Shown: positions 1 through 9,138 of the stretch, in pieces
How positions within the stretch are numbered: position 1 is the stretch's first letter
How the letters are laid out: every line of letters begins with the position of its first letter
Assembly: GCA_964544275.1 (NCBI GenBank)
Contig: CAZIZX010000003.1
Coordinates: 107,705-171,704, forward strand
DNA length: 64,000 nt
DNA from: an uncultured Gammaproteobacteria bacterium
Lineage (GTDB): Bacteria; Patescibacteriota; Microgenomatia; UBA12405
Reading direction: 5' to 3'
Notes under the pieces: generated by a model
Database searches by the model: none
Told to the model about the DNA's origin: nothing
The model's input: only the letters and a program-made list of their open reading frames with translations
Translations under genes and position numbers: made by a program

Positions 1-1
1 C

Positions 2-232
2 ACCCTTCATGGTGGTTCTGGAGTCGATGAAGCTCAAGTTCACCAAGCAATCAGTCTGGGTGTTGTCAAAATTAATATTAATACCCAATTGCGTCTTCAA
101 TTTAGACAATCGCTTACCAGCCAGCTCCAATCCAACAACTCCGAAAAAATCTATGAATATCTTGATCCTGTAATTTCTGACCTCAAAACATTAATCATTA
201 ACAATCTTCAAAAATTTGCCATTAAACTTTGA
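2..232 (+). CDS. fructose-bisphosphate aldolase class II, C-terminal fragment (5' end outside window)
   Basis: Frame 2 translation is TLHGGSGVDEAQVHQAISLGVVKININTQLRLQF...IKL, ending at TGA 230-232. The HGGSG...GVxKINIxTxL pattern matches the C-terminus of class II FBA. Confidence 0.5.
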   Translation, partial: TLHGGSGVDEAQVHQAISLGVVKININTQLRLQFRQSLTSQLQSNNSEKIYEYLDPVISDLKTLIINNLQKFAIKL

Positions 233-1145
233 CGTCATTACCATCGGCGCTGCTACAGTTGACATTTTTGCCAAATCATTGGCCTACCAGGTTGACAATA
301 ACCTCATTTCTCTACCTCACTCATCTAAAAACGAAATTACCCACAGTCTCATTTGCTCCGGTGGGGGAGCCACCAACGCCGCCGTTTCTTTTTCCCGCCT
401 CAAACTTAAGTCAGCCTGTTTATCCTTATTAGGCACCGATCCTCTTTCTGCCTATGTAATAGACGATCTGAAAAAAAACCAGGTCAATACCTCATTTCTG
501 GTTCAATCCCCCAAAGAATCTACCGATTATTCGGTTATTCTCGTCAGTCAGGACGGAGGGCGGACCATTCTCACTAATCGCGGCAGCTCTTTTCTCCAAG
601 AAAAACATATCCCCTGGTCTCGTATCAAAAGCACCAAGTGGTTTTATATTACCTCTCTTGAAGGCAATATGGATTTACTGGAGGAAATCATTGGCTTTTC
701 ATTGGAAAATAAAATCAAAGTATCTCTAAACCCCGGGCGGCGCGAACTTGACCAAAGAAAAAAACTGATTCCTCTTTTACAGCATGTCGATTTTCTTCTT
801 TTAAACAAGGAAGAATCAGAAATATTGGCAAATACTTCTGTTGCCCAATCAAATTTCTGGAATAACTTATTGTCCTTCAAATCAAAGATAATTGCCGTTA
901 CCAACGGTCGTCATGGAGCCCACATCCTCACCCCCACTCAAAACCTGTACTCCCCGGTAATAAATACCCTGCCTGTCGACGAAACCGGTGCCGGCGACTC
1001 TTTCGGTTCTGGTTTTGTTGCCGCTCTAATTTACAGCCAGGGACTCGAAATATCACTTGTCTGGGCCCTGAAAAACTCTGCTTCAGTTGTTTCTCATTTG
1101 GGCTCCAAAACCGGCCTCCTTTCACTCAATAATATAAAATCATAG
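216..1145 (+). CDS. PfkB-family carbohydrate kinase (ribokinase-like)
   Basis: 309 aa. C-terminal GAGDSFGSGFVAAL matches the PfkB signature 2. An N-terminal Gly-rich region (CSGGGATNAAV) is present. Substrate unknown. Confidence 0.65.
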   Translation: MPLNFDVITIGAATVDIFAKSLAYQVDNNLISLPHSSKNEITHSLICSGGGATNAAVSFSRLKLKSACLSLLGTDPLSAYVIDDLKKNQVNTSFLVQSPKESTDYSVILVSQDGGRTILTNRGSSFLQEKHIPWSRIKSTKWFYITSLEGNMDLLEEIIGFSLENKIKVSLNPGRRELDQRKKLIPLLQHVDFLLLNKEESEILANTSVAQSNFWNNLLSFKSKIIAVTNGRHGAHILTPTQNLYSPVINTLPVDETGAGDSFGSGFVAALIYSQGLEISLVWALKNSASVVSHLGSKTGLLSLNNIKS

Positions 1146-1150
1146 AGTAT

Positions 1151-1801
1151 ATGCTGCCCAAGCCGGAAAAAAATAAAAATTTAAAAAACGCGCAACAGCT
1201 GGACCTGGTTAACAGTATCAGTAGCGAAGAAAAACTTAGCCACAAACGCCATTTCGTTATCACCTTTTTAGTTTTGACCGTTGGAATCAGTTTCCTTTTT
1301 TGGGGTTATCGATCCATAAAAAATATCATTGTCAACCATGATTTTCCCAATCTTAACATCAGTCTTCCGCTTCCGTCTAAATCCTCCCAAACAGTAACCC
1401 TTCCCTCACTTGATTCCAAAATTAAAACTATTCTAGGAAATCAGGAAAATTGGGCCATATCCGTTAGCTTGGTTAACTCTCCCGAAGAGTTTTCATGGCA
1501 ATACGACCCTCAAAATACGATTCAAAGCCTCAACCCCTCTTTAATTTTGGATAATTTATCCGACACCCCCGCCTCTTCCCAGGGTTTAATTGCCCAAGCG
1601 CTACCTCCTGGGGCCAGAGTTCAGGAAATAACCCAAAAAGAAGAAAACGCTTTTTCCTCTCAAGCCTTAATCACTGTTCCCAAAAAACAAATATTTTTAT
1701 TTATAAAAACCACGAATCTAAGTGGTCAATCTAATTACGAAGATACTCTCAAACTAATTGCTGAAGAAATTTACTGGCATATTTTAAATCTACCTAATTG
1801 A
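1151..1801 (+). CDS. hypothetical membrane-anchored protein
   Basis: 216 aa ORF with one predicted TM helix (FVITFLVLTVGISFLFWGY). No recognisable motif. Confidence 0.3.
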   Translation: MLPKPEKNKNLKNAQQLDLVNSISSEEKLSHKRHFVITFLVLTVGISFLFWGYRSIKNIIVNHDFPNLNISLPLPSKSSQTVTLPSLDSKIKTILGNQENWAISVSLVNSPEEFSWQYDPQNTIQSLNPSLILDNLSDTPASSQGLIAQALPPGARVQEITQKEENAFSSQALITVPKKQIFLFIKTTNLSGQSNYEDTLKLIAEEIYWHILNLPN

Positions 1802-3896
1802 TTCTCGTTTCACCATTATTTACCAACTGCCTACACTCTACTGCCCCCTCACTTCCGTTCATGAAATAATCTTCCTTACCGCACGCTTTTGCCTTGTACA
1901 CCCCCATCGGCGTATCCCAGTTTTCCTCCGCCTTATCGCTCAAAACTTCTTTCATAATTTTATTCCATATTGGAGTTGCCCCTGTTATACCCGAAGCCAC
2001 CCAACTCATCGGTTGACCATTATTATTTCCCACCCAGGCTGCTACCAAATAACTAGGGGTCCATCCGATACACCAGTTATCCTTCAGATTATTTGTTGTT
2101 CCGGTTTTCACTGCTACTACTTTACTGTCAATTTTAAGCAACGAATTGGGTCCGAATATTGGTGTCCTTGCTTGATTATCACTCAAAGCATTGTTGATTA
2201 AAAAGGCATAACCTGATTCAACCAACTTCTCCTTGCTGGGAATTTTTTTATATACCACTTCCCCCAGATAATTCTCAATGCTCACAATTGGATTAATTTT
2301 TACTTTATCGCCCATATTGGCAAACACGCTATATGCTTGGGCTAATTCAGTCATCTTTACTTCACCGCTTCCCAGTGCCAAAGCCAGTCCATATCTTGAT
2401 CTTTCATTCCAAGTACTAATCCCCATCGCCGATGCCAAGTCAATCATCTTATCAACACCATTCTCCGACAATAATTTTACCGAAGGCACATTCAAAGAAG
2501 AAGCCAGGGCCACTTTTAACGTTACCCTCCCCATGTATTTCCCGTTATAGTTTTGTGGCGAATAAGGCTTTTGCCCCGCCAAGTAATAAGAAACTGGGGT
2601 ATCGTCTATAGACGACGACAGCGACCACCCATTTGTCAGTGCTAACAAATAATTTATTGGTTTTATCGCCGAACCGGGTTGTCTCAAAGCCGTAGTTACG
2701 TTGTATTTACCGTCAATATTGTCGGCATAGTAATCTTTTGAACCCACCATAGCCAAAATATCTCCTTTTTTCACATCTACCACCAAAGCAGCCCCGTTAC
2801 TTATCCTCAAGTTCTTAACTTTTTCTACCTCTTCTTTAACAATCTTTTGAGCAATTTCTTGGGTCGCTATATCCAGGCTGGTGGTAATTTTAAGTCCTAA
2901 TCTTTCAAAATTTTCAAATTTATATTCTTCTTCCAAAAGCTGTCTGATATAGAACACAAAATGAGGTGCCATCAGTCTTGTTTTTTCATCGCTTATTTTT
3001 AAATTTTCATTTAATAGTTCCTCTGCTTTTTCCAATCCGATAAAACCGGCCCTTACCATCTCGTGGATCACCTGTCTCTGCCTGACAAATGCAAATTCTG
3101 GATTATTCCCGAAAGGGGAGTAAGAGCTTGGAGCCGCCGGTAATCCGGCCAAAAAAGCTGCCTCCGCCGCCTCCAATTCCCAAACATTCTTATCAAAATA
3201 TTTAAGAGCGGCTTCTTGGGCTCCATAAGTATCTCCTCCGTACGGCACTTGATTAAAGTATCTTTCCAAAATCTCATCTTTATTTAACTTTGTTTCCAGA
3301 ATCAACGCCAGTATTGCCTCTTTCATTTTTCTTTCAATACTTTTTTCACCCGAGAAAAAAACATTTTTTACCAGTTGTTGCGTAATCGTTGATCCTCCTC
3401 TCAAATTTCCGTTTTCTCCTTTCCTGAAATTGTTATAAAAGATGGCGCCGATTATACCCTTTAACGAAATCCCTCTATGTCTATAAAAGTTTTTATCTTC
3501 AATTGCCAAAGTTGCCCACACTAAAGTTTGCGGTATTTTATTTAACGTTATCCAACTTCTATTTTCATTTTTATAAAACTTATATAGCAATCTTCCGTTC
3601 CGGTCATAAATTTTTGAAGACAATATTGGTGGATTATATATGTCATTAATATTAGGCAAATCTCTTATCACCTCTTGATAAAACCAATACAAAGCCGCAC
3701 TCAATCCAAAAAATATCCAACTTAAAATTAAATATTTCCAACTAATGTCTATCTTAACTTTCTTTAAACTTTTAACTCCGGCAACAATTATTTTTGCACT
3801 ATGTCGGCAGAAGTTAACTCCCAAATCAAAAAAAATCTTTATCAACCACCACCACGGTCTACCGATATAAATCAGATACTTTGATAGTTTATGCAT
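1794..3896 (-). CDS. class A penicillin-binding protein (bifunctional transglycosylase/transpeptidase, PBP1A-like)
   Basis: 700 aa. N-terminal TM, then GT51 motifs (EDKNFYRHRGI, GGSTITQQLVKN). Transpeptidase motifs SAIKP (SxxK), SLN and KTGTTN. Confidence 0.8.
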   Translation of the reverse strand: MHKLSKYLIYIGRPWWWLIKIFFDLGVNFCRHSAKIIVAGVKSLKKVKIDISWKYLILSWIFFGLSAALYWFYQEVIRDLPNINDIYNPPILSSKIYDRNGRLLYKFYKNENRSWITLNKIPQTLVWATLAIEDKNFYRHRGISLKGIIGAIFYNNFRKGENGNLRGGSTITQQLVKNVFFSGEKSIERKMKEAILALILETKLNKDEILERYFNQVPYGGDTYGAQEAALKYFDKNVWELEAAEAAFLAGLPAAPSSYSPFGNNPEFAFVRQRQVIHEMVRAGFIGLEKAEELLNENLKISDEKTRLMAPHFVFYIRQLLEEEYKFENFERLGLKITTSLDIATQEIAQKIVKEEVEKVKNLRISNGAALVVDVKKGDILAMVGSKDYYADNIDGKYNVTTALRQPGSAIKPINYLLALTNGWSLSSSIDDTPVSYYLAGQKPYSPQNYNGKYMGRVTLKVALASSLNVPSVKLLSENGVDKMIDLASAMGISTWNERSRYGLALALGSGEVKMTELAQAYSVFANMGDKVKINPIVSIENYLGEVVYKKIPSKEKLVESGYAFLINNALSDNQARTPIFGPNSLLKIDSKVVAVKTGTTNNLKDNWCIGWTPSYLVAAWVGNNNGQPMSWVASGITGATPIWNKIMKEVLSDKAEENWDTPMGVYKAKACGKEDYFMNGSEGAVECRQLVNNGETRIN

Positions 3897-3912
3897 CTAT
3901 CAACTTATGTTC

Positions 3913-6063
3913 TTAATTTGTATCCTCCACCTTTTGCTCTTCTACAACCGGACAGTCGAGACATACTTTCTCCCCACTGACATCTTCAAAAATACTATGT
4001 TCTTGCCACTCTAAATTTGGGGAAGAATCTCCTTCTTTTACCATTTTGCCCGTGTCCTTGTTTATCAACACGACTGATTTACTAACGCTCTGCTTTTTTG
4101 GAGGATATTCTTTTCTGAAATATTCAAAGTATGAGTCACAACCCTCTTCTGTCATCGATCCGCCCGTCCCTCGACACACCCTCATACTAACCACGCCGTC
4201 TGGCTTAACCGGTTCTTTCACCGCCACATCTTTTAGTAAATAAGTCATTACTTTATTCCAGATAGGCGTTGCCCCTGTTATACCCGAAGCCACGTGGCTC
4301 ATCTTTGAGTTATTGTTGTTACCCACCCATACCGTCACCACAAAATCTGAAGTATATCCTATCGTCCAATTATCTCTCAGTTCGTTCGTTGTCCCGGTTT
4401 TTACTGCTACTTCGGGATGGCCTTTAATATTTAAAAGCGACCCTCTACCAAAAACTGCACTTCGAGCTCCATCGTCTGACAGTATTTTTTGCATGATATA
4501 AGATGTTTCTCTCGATAACACCCGATCTCCTTGCATCGGCTGGTATTCAAATAATCTATCGCCATTTTTATCACTAACTTCCAAAATTGGGTTTAACTCT
4601 TGTCTGATTCCCATATTTGCTAGTACTCCAAAAGCCTTATTCATATCCGTCATCATTACTTCACCTCCTCCCAAGGTTAAGGATAATCCGTAATTGGCTG
4701 GATCATCAAATGTATTGATACCCATTGCTGATGCTGACGCAATAAATGTTTCTACTCCGTTAATTTTCAACATTTTTACTGCCGGAATATTAAGAGAGTT
4801 CGCCAATGAGTTCCTAAGCGTTTGTAAACCAAAGTATCGATAACCATAATTAGTCGGACAGTACGGCTTTTGATTTGTTACATTAAAACACGTTGGATTA
4901 TCGCTAAATATTGAAGCAGCCGTTACTTGACCCGATTCTAGCCCGACCGCATAATTTAATGGTTTAATCGACGACCCCGGCTGTCTTAAAGCCGTCGCTA
5001 CATTATATTTCCCGTCAATATCGGTCGCGAAATAATCCTTCGATCCAACCATGGCCAAAATTTGACCGCTTTCTGGTTCCGTTACCACTACGGCCCCGTT
5101 ACTAACTTTTTGCCTTTCTAATTTGGCAATCTCGCTGGCAACTGATTCTTGTACATATTCCTGCAAGTCCAGATCCAAGCTGGTTTTAATCTTTAATCCT
5201 CCCTCGGTTACCCTTTGCATTCCGTATTCTTCAATTAATTTCTCTCTTATGTAAAACACAAAATGCGGGGCTCTAATCGAACTTCGCTGAACGTAGTAAT
5301 CCAACTTTTCTTCTTCCGCCGCCTCTCTTTCTTCTTTACTAATAAACCCTTCTTCTTCCATTCTCTTTAAAACTATTATTTGTCTGCTTTTAGCCGCATC
5401 CGGATATGCAAAAGGGGAGTATTTCGTTGGGGAAGCCGGCAAACCTGCTAACAGTGCTGCTTCTGCCAAGCTCAAGTCTTTTACATCTTTGCCAAAAATT
5501 CCCTGAGCTGCGGCTTGTACTCCCCACACAGTTCCTCCATAAGGAGTTTGGTTAAAATACATTTCCAGGATCTGATCCTTGCTATAAATAATCTCTGTTG
5601 CCAAAGTCAAAAAAGCCTCCTTGATTTTCCTGATTACCGTTCTCTCTGGAGATAATAATGCATTTTTTACTAACTGCTGAGTCAGAGTCGATCCTCCTTG
5701 TAATCTTTTTTTAAATACCGTTCGATACAAACCTCTCACTATTCCTTTAAAATCCAAACCCCAATGTTTATAAAACCGGGCATCTTCTATCGCCAGGGTT
5801 GCTTTTCTCAGGTGTTCCGGCACTTCATCCAAGACCACTGGAGTTCTTCGAATATCGGCATAAATTTCAAACAAGAGTTGCCCGTTCCTATCAAATATTT
5901 GAGACGATTCTGGGTATTCTGTTGTACTTAACTTTCTTGGACTTGGAGCGTCTCTCAAAATAACTGCTCCCGCCAACACTAATACCAACAAAAACACTGA
6001 ACCCACCTTCAAAATTGACCTCGAAACCTTGCTACTCGAATTTTTCCTCTTTTTGTTTTTCAT
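3913..6063 (-). CDS. class A penicillin-binding protein paralog (PBP1A-like)
   Basis: 716 aa. GGSTLTQQLVKN, EDARFYKHWG, SSIKP, SLN and KTGTTN. Similar domain order to the adjacent PBP. Confidence 0.8.
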   Translation of the reverse strand: MKNKKRKNSSSKVSRSILKVGSVFLLVLVLAGAVILRDAPSPRKLSTTEYPESSQIFDRNGQLLFEIYADIRRTPVVLDEVPEHLRKATLAIEDARFYKHWGLDFKGIVRGLYRTVFKKRLQGGSTLTQQLVKNALLSPERTVIRKIKEAFLTLATEIIYSKDQILEMYFNQTPYGGTVWGVQAAAQGIFGKDVKDLSLAEAALLAGLPASPTKYSPFAYPDAAKSRQIIVLKRMEEEGFISKEEREAAEEEKLDYYVQRSSIRAPHFVFYIREKLIEEYGMQRVTEGGLKIKTSLDLDLQEYVQESVASEIAKLERQKVSNGAVVVTEPESGQILAMVGSKDYFATDIDGKYNVATALRQPGSSIKPLNYAVGLESGQVTAASIFSDNPTCFNVTNQKPYCPTNYGYRYFGLQTLRNSLANSLNIPAVKMLKINGVETFIASASAMGINTFDDPANYGLSLTLGGGEVMMTDMNKAFGVLANMGIRQELNPILEVSDKNGDRLFEYQPMQGDRVLSRETSYIMQKILSDDGARSAVFGRGSLLNIKGHPEVAVKTGTTNELRDNWTIGYTSDFVVTVWVGNNNNSKMSHVASGITGATPIWNKVMTYLLKDVAVKEPVKPDGVVSMRVCRGTGGSMTEEGCDSYFEYFRKEYPPKKQSVSKSVVLINKDTGKMVKEGDSSPNLEWQEHSIFEDVSGEKVCLDCPVVEEQKVEDTN

Positions 6064-6673
6064 TCCACGCCTTTATTTTATTTAACATGTCGTTATATTT
6101 ATCCAAATCTTCAATAAAAGAACTATCAATTTTTGCCAAAATTTCCTCATAGGCCAACCCTGCAAAAAATATCTGATTTTCTACTGGATTGCACAGGTCC
6201 GGATTCTTTGCCTTTGCTCTATCCCATTCAGCTTTAGCCGTCACCAGAAAATCAAAAGCCTCACCCGTCTTGATTATAGCTGTTTTGTTTTTTTGTTCTT
6301 CAAATAATTTTCTACTAACCGACATTCTTTTATCAGCTATTATCAATGCAGTTTTTGCTCTATTTTCATAGTCTCCACTCAATTTCATCCAAAAAACATC
6401 CCTAACTTCCTTAAGTCCATACCAGGGATTGCCTGGCAAAATAGTTATACCCGGCAGATAATGGCTTCCTTTTTCAACCTGGCCATCTTTTTCGCTGACA
6501 ACAAACTCAACCGGACAGCTTCTCGCCTTCTCAAAGTTATTTTCCGATGCCCAGATATCCAAAGACGCCTTGGCCAACGATATAAACAAAATCAATACAG
6601 ACAATAAAATCACCACCGACACATATAGCACCCCCGCCACGTCACCCGGACTCGTGTTTCTTTTTCTTTCCAC
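6032..6673 (-). CDS. hypothetical membrane-anchored protein
   Basis: 213 aa with an N-terminal TM helix. Its 3' end overlaps the start of the downstream PBP gene by 32 nt (same strand), suggesting co-transcription. No motif recognised. Confidence 0.35.
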   Translation of the reverse strand: MERKRNTSPGDVAGVLYVSVVILLSVLILFISLAKASLDIWASENNFEKARSCPVEFVVSEKDGQVEKGSHYLPGITILPGNPWYGLKEVRDVFWMKLSGDYENRAKTALIIADKRMSVSRKLFEEQKNKTAIIKTGEAFDFLVTAKAEWDRAKAKNPDLCNPVENQIFFAGLAYEEILAKIDSSFIEDLDKYNDMLNKIKAWNEKQKEEKFE

Positions 6674-6788
6674 ATTCTAATTATACTTTCAATCCCTTAC
6701 CCCATCAATTACTTATTGGATATTTTTTGTTAATAATTTTTTTTATTTCCTAACCTAAATTATCAACCCTGTCTATTTTTATAGGATT

Positions 6789-7631
6789 TCATCCTTGTTC
6801 ATTATGGTTGAAAAATGCCTGATATAAACCCACTTCCTCCCCATTTTTAATTTTTCCTCTCATATATATATATTGAGCCATAAAGACAAAGTAATTTAAC
6901 AGTTCCGGTTTCAAAGTCCGACTTGACCCGTCATTTGTGGTCAGTATTTTTAAGCTCTTTTCGATATTTACATATGGTGTTTTTACGAAAGCTTTGGCCC
7001 AACTATTCTCCTTCACTAATTTTGAATAACAGCTTATTTTGTCAAAAAGAGGCATCATCATTACCAGATCTATTGAATTTTTCAGGCTTCTTCGATTCTT
7101 CGGAATAGCTAGGTGATTTTCATCTAACCACAAATTAAAACAAAACTCGTCCCTTTCTTCTTTTCTTCCATGTCTTCGGTGGGGGATATTCTTCATTACC
7201 AATAACAGCTTTAGTTGCAACCTACTTATCCACAAACAATTTCTCCTGGTAATAACTAGTAAGTCAATATCGTCACCCTTTTTGGGATGCTTAGTCGCCA
7301 CTGATCCTGTTAACCCCAAAAATTCTATCGTTGGAATTTCTTTTTTAACCAAAGCTGCCAAGTCTCTAGCTTTTTTTAACTTTTCCCGCCAATACTTATT
7401 TTTGTTATTGCTGTCAACATCAATGTTCTTAATGTTTTTCTCAATATTCTCAACACTATAATATTCACCTCCTATTAGTCGGCTTTTAATCTCATCTTTA
7501 CTGATGGCGCAGCCGAAACTTTTGGCATAATCCACCGTTTTTTTTATGGCCTTATTAATTGACATATCTCCTAATTTTAACTTAAAGCCCTTTACTACTT
7601 GATATAATAAGCCAATCTCCTTCATGAACAA
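6789..7631 (-). CDS. nucleotidyltransferase-fold (Pol-beta superfamily) protein, possibly LicD-like
   Basis: GLTGSVATKHPKKGDDIDLLVI matches the GS-x10-DxD NTase signature. A third acidic patch is WLDENH. The likely ATG start is at 7625, since the listed ORF start is TTG. Confidence 0.45.
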   Translation of the reverse strand: MFMKEIGLLYQVVKGFKLKLGDMSINKAIKKTVDYAKSFGCAISKDEIKSRLIGGEYYSVENIEKNIKNIDVDSNNKNKYWREKLKKARDLAALVKKEIPTIEFLGLTGSVATKHPKKGDDIDLLVITRRNCLWISRLQLKLLLVMKNIPHRRHGRKEERDEFCFNLWLDENHLAIPKNRRSLKNSIDLVMMMPLFDKISCYSKLVKENSWAKAFVKTPYVNIEKSLKILTTNDGSSRTLKPELLNYFVFMAQYIYMRGKIKNGEEVGLYQAFFNHNEQG

Positions 7632-9126
7632 AAATACAAGATCTTACCGACTACTAGAGATGATTCCCGGCTCATTCGCTTGGGCCGTCATATTGTTCCC
7701 GGTTTGGGGGGCTTTCTTGGTCCCACGCCTGGTTGCTTATTTTGTTATTGCCTTTTTAGTTTATTGGTTTTATCAATCCTTCAAAGCTGCCATTCTATCC
7801 TTAATTGGATATTCCAAAATTCAAATCGCCCAAAAAACTTCATGGAAACAATTATTTCAGGATAATTTTCGTGCCGACTGGCTCAAATATAAAGACATTA
7901 ATCACGTTGTTATTATTTCTTCCTACAAAGAACCCATCGAAGTTATGGAAATGGCCGTCGGTTCCATTGCGGCCCAAGCCGATATAGACCTCAAAAAGAT
8001 ATTTGTGGTTATTGCCCAGGAAGCTCGTGCTGGCCAGGAAAATAATCAAAAAACCATCAACTATTTTTCCAAAAAATATCGCCACACCTTTGCTGATATT
8101 GTTTTTACCGAACATCCTCCCGATATTCCCGGTGAAACTGCTGGTAAGCACAGTAATGAAGCCTGGGCTGCCAAAGAATTCAAAAAGAAATATATCGACA
8201 CCAACCGTCTCAAAATAGAAAATCTTACTCTCACCAGTTGTGACGTTGACACCATTTTTAATCCTAAATATTTCTCGGCTCTCCATTATAATTTTGCTTC
8301 TGACAATGATCGGTATCTTAGATTTTGGCAGTCTCCCATTTTTTGGCATCACAATATTAGCTCTGTCCCGGCCCCGATTAGAATAATTGGCACCATGGGT
8401 AATGTCATTCACATTGCCAATATCCAGGAACCCGACGGACTATTTTTTAACTATTCTTGCTACTCCTCCTCCTACCGCCTGATCGATTCCGCTGGATATT
8501 GGGACACTGACATGATTCCCGAAGATTGGCACATTTTTCTCCAGACTTTTTTTACCACTGGAGGCCGCACTTCAGTTACACCCATCTTCCTTCCCACAGT
8601 TGTCGACGCTCCTGATGGAGATGGCTATTTTAAGGCTCTAAAAAACCGCTACAATCAATGTCTCCGCCATGCCTGGGGTGCTATCGATATTCCCTATGCT
8701 ATTGAGCAAGCCAAAATTCACACCGAAATACCAATTATTACCCGAGTTTTGCGAATCTACAAACTTATTAAAACTCATCTTATCTGGTCCAGTAATTGGT
8801 TTATTCTCACTCTTGGTACCTCACTTCCCGTCCTTCTCAATCCTAAGTTTTTTCAAACTGCCATTGGTTACAACCTCCCCCGCATATCCAACATCATCTT
8901 AACCATTTGTCTCGTCCCTCTGTTTGTTCTCATCATCCTCGATTGGAAACTTCGCCCTGATTATCAAAAAGGCTTTAAAAATTTTATCAAAAACATACTT
9001 CAGTGGCCTCTCATGCCCATTGCCACTCTTACCATGTCTGTCCTTCCCGGACTTCATTCGCATACTCGTCTTCTACTGGGCAAAAGGTTGGACTACAAAA
9101 CAACTGTCAAAAAAGCAAAAAACTAA
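7624..9126 (+). CDS. membrane glycosyltransferase, GT2-like with C-terminal multi-TM domain
   Basis: 500 aa. N-terminal TM, VVIISSYKEP (GT2-like start of catalytic domain), SCDVDT (DxD), PEDWH and QCLRHAWG (ED / Q..R..W-like motifs). The C-terminal about 120 aa are hydrophobic. Confidence 0.45.
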   Translation: MNKNTRSYRLLEMIPGSFAWAVILFPVWGAFLVPRLVAYFVIAFLVYWFYQSFKAAILSLIGYSKIQIAQKTSWKQLFQDNFRADWLKYKDINHVVIISSYKEPIEVMEMAVGSIAAQADIDLKKIFVVIAQEARAGQENNQKTINYFSKKYRHTFADIVFTEHPPDIPGETAGKHSNEAWAAKEFKKKYIDTNRLKIENLTLTSCDVDTIFNPKYFSALHYNFASDNDRYLRFWQSPIFWHHNISSVPAPIRIIGTMGNVIHIANIQEPDGLFFNYSCYSSSYRLIDSAGYWDTDMIPEDWHIFLQTFFTTGGRTSVTPIFLPTVVDAPDGDGYFKALKNRYNQCLRHAWGAIDIPYAIEQAKIHTEIPIITRVLRIYKLIKTHLIWSSNWFILTLGTSLPVLLNPKFFQTAIGYNLPRISNIILTICLVPLFVLIILDWKLRPDYQKGFKNFIKNILQWPLMPIATLTMSVLPGLHSHTRLLLGKRLDYKTTVKKAKN

Positions 9127-9138
9127 TATAATAACTTA

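Noticed and set aside
6789-7631. NTase plus adjacent TM protein as a minimal CBASS-like defence pair
   Set aside because: The gene context is cell-envelope: a glycan locus upstream and two PBPs co-oriented downstream. The size and layout fit LicD-like transferases at least as well. I kept it only as an ambiguous NTase finding.
7852-8412. 186-aa and several 60-70-aa antisense ORFs inside the GT2 gene (similar ones occur inside PBP, VanW, SBP and other genes)
   Set aside because: They are antisense to long motif-bearing genes and have low-complexity composition. These are typical spurious frames in AT-rich DNA.
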